DNA from: Terriglobia bacterium
GTDB lineage: Bacteria > Acidobacteriota > Terriglobia > JAJPHL01 > JAPKYU01
Length of the DNA stretch: 64,000 nucleotides
NCBI GenBank assembly: GCA_965223005.1
Contig: CBDCVK010000006.1
Span: 96,001 to 160,000 of the forward strand
Direction: 5' to 3'
Shown here in pieces: positions 57,165 through 64,000 of the stretch. The number at the start of each line of letters is the position of its first letter. Positions within the stretch are counted from its first letter, which is position 1. The position numbers and the translations under genes are program-made. The notes below the pieces were generated by a model that was not told the DNA's origin, searched no databases, and worked only from the letters and a program-made list of their open reading frames with translations.

Positions 57165-58284
57165 CAACGGCTGCAGTTTCATTTGCACGGTGATTGAGTT
57201 TTGTCAACGCATCCCGCTTCATCTGGAGCTTCATCTGAGAATACTTCTTGAAGACTTTGGCGTCCGTCTGACGAAGAAGCTGGGTCACCCACTCGTCCGC
57301 AACGCCGCCGGCGCTAAGGCGCGTAGCGTGGGTGGAGCGCAGGTCGTATAAGCGGAAGTACGGAACTCCGGCTCTGCGGAGTGCTCTTTCCCAGGTCTTT
57401 CTGAAGTTAGTCTGATGCCCAATTGGGTTCTGCGGGCTGGGAAAGAGCCATGGACCGGGTCCCGCTAATTCGATCTGGCTACGGAAGGCTTCAGTAGCCA
57501 TGTCGGTCAAAGGAACCTCGGCTACCCCGGTCGGTGTCTTCGAATCTTCCACGAAGACTACCTTGTTGGCGAGGTCTACTCGATCCTTGCGCATCGCGGC
57601 AAGCTCTTTATAGACCCGGAGCCCCGTTTCCGTGATGATCCGAATTATGTTCCTGAGGTAGGCGGGAGCATGCCGTTCGATTTTCTGCTGCTCGGACCAG
57701 GTCATGTAGTGGGGTCGGAAGAAACCTTTCAGGATCACCGGAAACTCCACGCCGGCGCAGGGGTTGGCCGGGCAGAGCTTCTTCTTCACTGCAACACCAA
57801 AGATACGCCGGAGAACTCGAAGCTCTTGATGCACGGTGGTGGGTTTCAGAAGCCCGAGTTCGACGACACCACTCCGACGACGGACTCGCTTGTGCTGTTG
57901 CAGCCGTTGGCGGAGATGAAGCTCGATTTGCTCAGCTCCGATCTCGGTTATCTTCATCGGTCCGAACACTGGCCGCAGACTCTTGAGCGCGCATTCGTTT
58001 GCCTCGTGAGTCTTCTCGGCCCGAATCGGGGGCTGAGAGTAGTTGACCAGGAAAAAGTCGGCCCATTCCCCGAAAGTAACCCGCTGACCCCGGCGAAGGG
58101 CGGCCAGGGTATTATTGTCTCTGGCCTGAAGCCGCTCGCGTAGGCACCGTTGGGCTTCTTGCCAGTCCTCCGTTCGTGTTGATTCCAGGCGACGCCGCCC
58201 GGCCTTATCCCGATAGCGCATCCACCAAATGTTGCTGTCGTTCCGGCGATAGATGACACCATCATGCTTACTCGGTCTTGCCAT
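57157..58284 (-). CDS. int: Tyrosine recombinase / integrase
   Basis: N-terminal arm-binding-like WWMRYRD; ETGLR, SKT, LYDLRSTHAT, RQ...KKY catalytic region. Confidence 0.92.
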   Translation of the reverse strand: MARPSKHDGVIYRRNDSNIWWMRYRDKAGRRRLESTRTEDWQEAQRCLRERLQARDNNTLAALRRGQRVTFGEWADFFLVNYSQPPIRAEKTHEANECALKSLRPVFGPMKITEIGAEQIELHLRQRLQQHKRVRRRSGVVELGLLKPTTVHQELRVLRRIFGVAVKKKLCPANPCAGVEFPVILKGFFRPHYMTWSEQQKIERHAPAYLRNIIRIITETGLRVYKELAAMRKDRVDLANKVVFVEDSKTPTGVAEVPLTDMATEAFRSQIELAGPGPWLFPSPQNPIGHQTNFRKTWERALRRAGVPYFRLYDLRSTHATRLSAGGVADEWVTQLLRQTDAKVFKKYSQMKLQMKRDALTKLNHRANETAAVGF

Positions 58285-58483
58285 TCTCCACCTCCTGCCT
58301 GAAGCTTGCGCGGAAGGGCTCCAAATCCGATTTGAGAAACCGGATGCTTCGCCCCATCACGCGGAGATGGGGAATCTGCTTTCGCTCGACGTAAGCATAC
58401 ACCAGCGAGGGGCTAACTCCCAAGAAGCGGGCGGCGGCCTTCACCGTGATCGGGGCATCTGTCGCTTCTCCGTCAAGGTTCAT
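58268..58483 (-). CDS. Excisionase-like HTH protein
   Basis: ITVKAAARFLGVSPSLVYAYV...IPHLRVMGRSIRF; overlaps the int start. Confidence 0.85.
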   Translation of the reverse strand: MNLDGEATDAPITVKAAARFLGVSPSLVYAYVERKQIPHLRVMGRSIRFLKSDLEPFRASFRQEVENGKTE

Positions 58484-58815
58484 CTTTCCCTCCCTACTCT
58501 CCATGCAAGACCACAAGGGGGAACTCCGCGCGGAGAGGCTGTTGCGATTTTGTCGTTAGTCCCACTCGCGGGTGGCATCACGATGCAGGGCTTCGGCGAG
58601 ATCAAGGTCACCCTCTCCACGCCGCCCCATAGAGGATGGCCGCGACAGTCACCAGAGCGAACGCCAGGCGTGCTGCGATAGTCACGCCCGTAGTTGAACA
58701 GGATTACTTGCCAGAACGGCGCGAGATACTCCCTCCGGGAGCCGAGGAGCAGAAGCGCCAATCCCGCTCCGGCGGTGGTCAGGCCGGCGCTGACTTTCCA
58801 GAGTTGCATCGTCTC

Positions 58816-59043
58816 TTACAGCTCGAAGGCGGCCAAGTCCCTCTGAGCGGGACCCCTGGTGCCGTCTTTTCCCTCGCCCCGGCTGCCGCCGACCACTTCC
58901 TCGCTGCCCATGTCCTCGAGGAAGAAGCCGTATTGCTCGGCGATGCACGCCGGGACTTCCAGCGTCTCGTCACCGTCCCGGCCGAGTTCCAGGTCGAAGT
59001 CCTCGAGGGTCTTCACTCGTATGATTTTTTCTTCATCCGTCAT
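58816..59043 (-). CDS. Small acidic hypothetical protein
   Basis: GGAGG SD, MTDEEKIIRVKTLEDFDLEL...; overlaps the virB11 stop. Confidence 0.6.
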   Translation of the reverse strand: MTDEEKIIRVKTLEDFDLELGRDGDETLEVPACIAEQYGFFLEDMGSEEVVGGSRGEGKDGTRGPAQRDLAAFEL

Positions 59044-59998
59044 CGTGTTCCCTCCGGATCGGTTCAATGAGCCAGCGGTTCTGTGGCGCGTCGTAACCTT
59101 CGACGAGCAGCGCTTCCTCCACGAACCGACGTCCCTCTCGCCGTGTCATGTGAATCACCATAGCGATGCCGTCCACCACGCCTCGGCAGGTGACCTCCCA
59201 GGGAAGCTCACCGCCGCCCTGCATGGCGCAACTGGCGATGCGCGACAAGGCCGACTCGGCGTTGTTGGCGTGCACGGTCGTAAGCGACCCGCCGTGTCCG
59301 GTGTTCAAGGCTTGCAGCAGGTCCGCCGCCTCCCCGCCGCGCACCTCGCCCACGACGATGTGATCCGGGCGGTGGCGAAGCGCGTGGCGTACTAAATCCC
59401 GGATCGTCACCGCTCCTTCCTGCAACCCGCGAGCCTCGAAGCGGACGCAATTCGAGCGATCAATACGAAGCTCCAGGGTGTCCTCGATGGCGACGATTCG
59501 CTCGTCATCGGGTAGTAGTTCGATCAGCGCATTGAGCAAGGTGGTCTTGCCCGATCCGGTGCCGCCGGAAACCAGGATGTTGCGCCGCGAGTGCAACATC
59601 TGCTCCGCTTCCGCCCGCACGTTTTCGGGGAGTGCGCCTTGCCTCACGAGATCATCCGCCGAAAAAGACCGCTTCCCGAAACGGCGCACGGTGATCGCTA
59701 CTTGAGGACTCGCGGGCGGAACACAGATCGCAACCCGCGAGCCGTCGTCCAGGCGCGCATCGATAATCGGCGAGCTCGCCGGGTCCAGGCCCAAAGGCCG
59801 GGCGATGTGGATGGCCGCCCGTAGGAGGGCCGATTCGTCCAGGCGCGGCGCGTCATGCGCCGTCAACCGCCCGGCCCGCTCGACCCAGACATTGAACGGC
59901 CCGTTAATCATGATCTCGCTGACTTCGGAATCCTCCAGGGCGCTTTCCAATCCCGGTAGAAATGGTTTCAGGTGTTCCAGTCCACTCGCGGAGCTCAT
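59033..59998 (-). CDS. virB11: VirB11/CpaF-type T4SS ATPase
   Basis: EIMINGP, DARLDDGSR, SGGTGSGKTT, IEDTLEL, LRHRPDHIVVGEVRG, NTGH. Confidence 0.9.
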   Translation of the reverse strand: MSSASGLEHLKPFLPGLESALEDSEVSEIMINGPFNVWVERAGRLTAHDAPRLDESALLRAAIHIARPLGLDPASSPIIDARLDDGSRVAICVPPASPQVAITVRRFGKRSFSADDLVRQGALPENVRAEAEQMLHSRRNILVSGGTGSGKTTLLNALIELLPDDERIVAIEDTLELRIDRSNCVRFEARGLQEGAVTIRDLVRHALRHRPDHIVVGEVRGGEAADLLQALNTGHGGSLTTVHANNAESALSRIASCAMQGGGELPWEVTCRGVVDGIAMVIHMTRREGRRFVEEALLVEGYDAPQNRWLIEPIRREHDDG

Positions 59999-62106
59999 AA
60001 TTGACCTGCTTCTTTCGCTCTCCAATACGAATGTTCGCGGGGCAGATAGTGAGGCTTGAGATAGACCCGTCGCGGCTCAAGCGACTGCGACCCGTCATAG
60101 GGCAGACAGATCGCTTGACAGTTCGAGAGCAGCGTGAAGTCTCGCGGGTGAAACACGGCCTCGCGTTGCTCCCGGAAAGACTTGGTCGCGCCGATGCTGC
60201 CGCCGCCTCCCCCGGCGCGGCCTGAGAGCGGGGAAACTTCTGCCCGCTTGGAGGTCTCGCTGATCGTGTAGGATCCCTTGATCTTCGCCACCTGCCCGCA
60301 CATTTCGCTTGCAATCTTGGCGCTGGCGTCGTCGCTGAGAGACAGGAAAATCCGTGTGCGGAGCGTCTGCAACAGCGACCGCCACGCTTCCGAGCTTCCC
60401 AACACAGATCGGAGCGAGGAAATAGATTGAGTGGCGACAATCGGGATGCAGCGGCATTGCCGGGTCAGCGCAAAGGATTTCTCATCGCCCGATGGATCGT
60501 CCTCGCCCACCGAAGCGAAGGCTTGATATTCGTCACAGAGAAAGACGGCGGGCCGGAAACAGACCCCCGGCGACTCCTTCATCTTGGTCGGGCGCATGAG
60601 AAGCGCCTGTAGCCAGGCGTTTTTGAGCATCACGCCCACGGCGCGGGCCAGCGCCGGGTTCGATCCGGCGGGCATGTTCAAGGCCAACACCTTGCCCCTT
60701 TCGATCAATTCATAGAGCGGGGGCAGGTGCCGCGGCCCTTCGACTCGTTCCTCTTCGACGGAAGGAATTGACGTGGGCGCGGCCTCCGGCTTCTTGTTCG
60801 GCTCCCGGGCTTCTTCCACGGCCCGCTTCGCGGCCCTGGCCTGAATTGCAATGGCTTGTGGATCGTCGGGGACTTCCGGCGGCCCCGGACAAAACACCTT
60901 CGCCACATCCGGCATATCGAACATGGCAAGGAACACCGAAACCCCCTCCACAATCGAGGACTTTACTTTGTTGTCCAGCGTTTGCCAGTCGTTGACAAAC
61001 CAGCGCTTCACCGCCTCCACCCGTTCTCTCACGTCGTCTCCGGGTCCGGGGTCCCAAACCACCCGGCAGGTCAGCCTGAGTTCGTCCAGTTTTTCGAGTA
61101 GCGAGCGGCTGTAGACGGCTTGCTTTTCCTCCCGGCCCAGCGTCCCTTCCCATACCCATTCAGCCAGCTTCATTTTGTTCTCGCCTACTAGATCGGCCCG
61201 AACGAAAACGGTTCCCCTGTTCAACTCGTCGCTCCACGCTTCGGCTTGCTCGATCTTGGCCGCGAAAAGCTCCGGGTCGATGGCGCAGCGGTAGACCTGC
61301 TGCAACGTCACCCACCGCTCCGGGAATATCCGGTGAAGCTCGATGATCCAGCGGACCAAGTTGGTATAGGCTTGCTGCCAGAACGGTTCCTTGCCCTTCC
61401 CGAACAACTGGTTGAGCAAGCTGGAAACGGTGTAGGCCAGCGAGTAGGAATCGAGCCACCAGGCCGAGAGCGGGTTCCATTGCCAGCGGCCCTTCATGCC
61501 AAGCTCGATGTAGTCTTTTCCACGGCCCGCCTCGATCAGGATTCGCCGGATATCGTGACAAAAATCTCCCTTGACTTCGAGCATGAGCGCCGCCGCCCGC
61601 ATCTGTGGATTCGCCGCTTGCCAGCCGAGAAGCTGCTTAGCGAAGGGGTGCATACAAGCCGAGGTCTTCCCGGACCCGACGGCTCCGAAAATCGCCACGC
61701 CGGTATACAGCCCCCGCTCCGGGATGGTGAGCCAGGAGGGATTGAAAATCTCGCGCGCCTCCACCGGGTGATGTACCTCCCCGATCACGATGGCCGGGGC
61801 CTTCTGTCGGGGCGAAAGCGGCCAGGTCGGGAGCGCCCCAAAGGGCGCGAAATCCCGCCGCCGCGCTTCCAGCCAGACCTTCCAAACGGACATGAGAACG
61901 AGGCCCGCGAGCATGACGGCGACGAAAGGCGAAGCGTAGTACCAGAGCATCACCCAGCCGTAGAAGTTCGGGGTGTGATAGTCCATGAGATCGAGCAAGG
62001 GACTGTCCCCTAGCATGGGGAAGGGACGGCGGACAAAGCTCCACAGGGCGTACCCCAGCCCGCCGAAAAACAGAAGGATGTGAGGAATGAACCGCCTCCA
62101 TTTCAT
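59995..62106 (-). CDS. virD4: Type IV coupling protein (VirD4/TraG-like)
   Basis: Two N-terminal TMs, Walker A GAVGSGKT, Walker B FLCDEYQ, ATQS. Confidence 0.85.
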   Translation of the reverse strand: MKWRRFIPHILLFFGGLGYALWSFVRRPFPMLGDSPLLDLMDYHTPNFYGWVMLWYYASPFVAVMLAGLVLMSVWKVWLEARRRDFAPFGALPTWPLSPRQKAPAIVIGEVHHPVEAREIFNPSWLTIPERGLYTGVAIFGAVGSGKTSACMHPFAKQLLGWQAANPQMRAAALMLEVKGDFCHDIRRILIEAGRGKDYIELGMKGRWQWNPLSAWWLDSYSLAYTVSSLLNQLFGKGKEPFWQQAYTNLVRWIIELHRIFPERWVTLQQVYRCAIDPELFAAKIEQAEAWSDELNRGTVFVRADLVGENKMKLAEWVWEGTLGREEKQAVYSRSLLEKLDELRLTCRVVWDPGPGDDVRERVEAVKRWFVNDWQTLDNKVKSSIVEGVSVFLAMFDMPDVAKVFCPGPPEVPDDPQAIAIQARAAKRAVEEAREPNKKPEAAPTSIPSVEEERVEGPRHLPPLYELIERGKVLALNMPAGSNPALARAVGVMLKNAWLQALLMRPTKMKESPGVCFRPAVFLCDEYQAFASVGEDDPSGDEKSFALTRQCRCIPIVATQSISSLRSVLGSSEAWRSLLQTLRTRIFLSLSDDASAKIASEMCGQVAKIKGSYTISETSKRAEVSPLSGRAGGGGGSIGATKSFREQREAVFHPRDFTLLSNCQAICLPYDGSQSLEPRRVYLKPHYLPREHSYWRAKEAGQL

Positions 62107-62172
62107 GGGTCCGTCTCCCTTCCGTCATCGCCCCCGTTGGGGGCTGCTCCGAGCCTTCCCGCAGGGATCAAT

Positions 62173-62277
62173 GAGGACGATAGCGACCCCGCATGGGGCC
62201 GGATAGAGGCGTGGAACAGCGCGCCGCTATCGGGGCCACATGACCCCCCGGTTTTCGGGGGGGTCGCTATCGTCCTC
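62173..62277. repeat. Long inverted repeat with a nested hairpin (oriT candidate)
   Basis: 18-bp perfect arms GAGGACGATAGCGACCCC (62173-62190) / GGGGTCGCTATCGTCCTC (62260-62277), with further imperfect inner pairing. Confidence 0.8.
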
Positions 62278-62466
62278 CCCGATTTTCCTGGATCGGCGCG
62301 GGTGAGTCCGATTAGCAGGGGAGAACCACAGCGGAATGAGAGACATAAAGGAATGTGGCTTTGCCGCACCTTTAGCCAGAATCGTGCCACACCCCTCCCT
62401 CTGAGCGCGTGGCACTTAACATGCGGTCCTCAGTGGCACAAAAACTCCCGGATTTGTGCGCTCTTT

Positions 62467-63411
62467 TCATCCGCCTTCGTCTCGCGCCGCAAACCGGGTG
62501 GCCCGCCACGTCGAATAGTTGTCAATCGAGACCCCTTCCGTCACTTTTGCCCCCGGAAGACTTTCGAGTTCCGCTCCTTTTTTCATTGCCGCGTTGAATC
62601 CCCCGTACTCGGCCAGGACTATCGGATCATTGGTTCTCAGTGCGGTGTCGATCCTCTTGATTTCCTCCGCCAACGTCCGCCCCTCCCCGGTCTCCTTCGC
62701 AGGGGCTGCGGCCCACACGCGGAGCACCCGCGCCGTCCGATCCACGGTTTCGTTTTCCGCCGCAATCCCGATCACCCGGACCTGCCGCCCCTTTTTGCGA
62801 AGCGCATCCCAAAGCCGCCCATGCGCGGCTCCCCAGGAGTGCAACTCCCGATCCGTTTGGTGGCCCGGATCGACGTAGGCGAAGATGACGGTTTCAGCGT
62901 CCCCGGCCAGGGGAAGTTTGAGCGCAAAGTAGCGTTTCTGCGCTCCCGCGGCGCCATAGTAAATTCGGCGCGGGATCAGCCGCCGCGATAGGCCGAGCCC
63001 GTCAAAAAACGCGACCTTCTCCGGCTCGGCAGGGAGCCAGTTCATGCCCGGATGCTCCAATACGAAATCGAGCGAGAGAAGGCGGCGCATCACCACCGGC
63101 GGATGGGCCTTGCGACGGTGGCGGATGTTCTCGACTCCCAACGCCCGATAGATCGGCTTGTTCGATATCCGGCACGTCCGCCCGCCGCCGTTGAACGTCA
63201 CATGATCGCTTTCGACCGCCGCCCGGCGGTCAATCAGTGCCTTTACAAAGCGAAGCGCCTGCTTCCGATCTGTATTGAAGTAGTGACAGAATTGGGCGCG
63301 GGTGAAGACGCCGCTGTGCAGACACACGAGCGCGATCCACTCCGCCTCCGGCCCGGTCCAGCCGAGCGCTTCCAGCTTCTGTTCCCGCCCCCGCAAATGT
63401 TTGATCATCAT
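62467..63411 (-). CDS. ICE hypothetical protein, relaxase candidate (wHTH-like N-terminus)
   Basis: 314 aa between virB8 and virD4; LHSGVFTRAQF, NIRHRR...RRLLSLDFV, RYF.LKLP, YVDPG; no HUH motif seen. Confidence 0.65.
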   Translation of the reverse strand: MMIKHLRGREQKLEALGWTGPEAEWIALVCLHSGVFTRAQFCHYFNTDRKQALRFVKALIDRRAAVESDHVTFNGGGRTCRISNKPIYRALGVENIRHRRKAHPPVVMRRLLSLDFVLEHPGMNWLPAEPEKVAFFDGLGLSRRLIPRRIYYGAAGAQKRYFALKLPLAGDAETVIFAYVDPGHQTDRELHSWGAAHGRLWDALRKKGRQVRVIGIAAENETVDRTARVLRVWAAAPAKETGEGRTLAEEIKRIDTALRTNDPIVLAEYGGFNAAMKKGAELESLPGAKVTEGVSIDNYSTWRATRFAARDEGG

Positions 63412-64000
63412 GGATCGCCTGTGACTATCGCCCGATCCCCTTGCAGGTAGGTGATAACGATCCCCATAGGGTTGTGGACGATCAGGTCCGGCGGGATCTC
63501 ATCGAGGAACTGGAATTGAAGCGAGAGGGTCCAGCGTTCCCGGCTTACTTCGTTTGCCATCGCCATCCGCACCAGGTCAAAATCGGCCGTCGCGCTATGG
63601 GGCTCCTGGGGGTTGGCCTGAATCCGCAAAACGACGCGATCCACTTGAAGCTCGTCCTTGGCCGCTCCCGCCGCGAGAAGGGCGATGTTCTGACTCTCAG
63701 CCCGAAACGAGGCGTTGGCGAGTTCGGTGGTCAGGAAGCGCAGACTGCGCGACCAGTTCTGTTGGACCGTGGCCCGCCGACGCGAGTAGAAGTCGTAAAT
63801 AAAGCGATTGAGAAAGTATTTGGTGGTGGGGTCCAGCGGGTCGGCCTGGGCCTCCATCGCCTCGTAGGCGATGGCCTCCGCCCGGCCTACTTCATCGACC
63901 CTCACGACGATGGGGCGGGGCGGATCGACCGACACAATACGAATGACGACGATGATGAGCAAGAGCAACCCGATTCCCAACCCGACCGAAAGCACCCGTA
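63408..64000 (-). CDS. VirB8/TrbF-like T4SS protein (5' end outside the window)
   Basis: TM helix, PIVVRVDEVGRAEAI, KYFLNRF, C-terminal NPMGIVITY. Confidence 0.85.
   Translation of the reverse strand, partial: RVLSVGLGIGLLLLIIVVIRIVSVDPPRPIVVRVDEVGRAEAIAYEAMEAQADPLDPTTKYFLNRFIYDFYSRRRATVQQNWSRSLRFLTTELANASFRAESQNIALLAAGAAKDELQVDRVVLRIQANPQEPHSATADFDLVRMAMANEVSRERWTLSLQFQFLDEIPPDLIVHNPMGIVITYLQGDRAIVTGDP

Larger units (their letters stand above)
57043..64000 (-). mobile_element. Integrative conjugative element inserted at tRNA-Val (continues beyond the window)
   Basis: Tyrosine integrase and excisionase next to the tRNA 3' end, followed by VirB11, VirD4 and VirB8-like T4SS genes on the same strand. 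Confidence 0.88.

Overview
GC-rich bacterial chromosomal segment. The gene set (DUF6982-like and other orphan-like hypotheticals, divergent YchF, TonB, Mce, REP-like repeats) looks acidobacterial; that is an inference. Positions 1-57 kb are mostly core or housekeeping genes: S41 protease, tatA/tatC, M28 peptidase, terC, nadB, aroB-ubiE, an rsbW-rsbV-mlaEFD-lipoprotein operon, tRNA nucleotidyltransferase-xerD-murJ, lpxD, gap-pgk-aceE-like, iscU-like, radical SAM, TonB, a pit operon, accA-dnaE, nfi, glcD, an ECF sigma/anti-sigma/DUF3106 operon, TPM-NTase-lemA, ZIP, ychF, moxR and tRNA-Val(CAC). From 57.05 kb to the window end lies the end of an integrative conjugative element: integrase, excisionase, VirB11, VirD4, a relaxase candidate and VirB8. 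Most notable: (i) an uncharacterised 2x[4Fe-4S] protein / DPS-like ferritin / Cys-His protein operon whose DPSL gene is split by a decayed IS1380, which supplies an outward promoter and a stop/start-coupled mini-ORF that could express the second half; (ii) the ICE has no recognisable HUH relaxase in view but has a candidate relaxase beside a large inverted repeat (possible oriT); (iii) a partner-switching anti-sigma pair heads the Mla/Mce transporter operon; (iv) a sugar-kinase gene is cut by a chimeric IS3-end plus 45-bp captured-fragment insertion. No CRISPR array or rRNA was seen. All calls come from reading the sequence and recalling motifs; no database searches were run.
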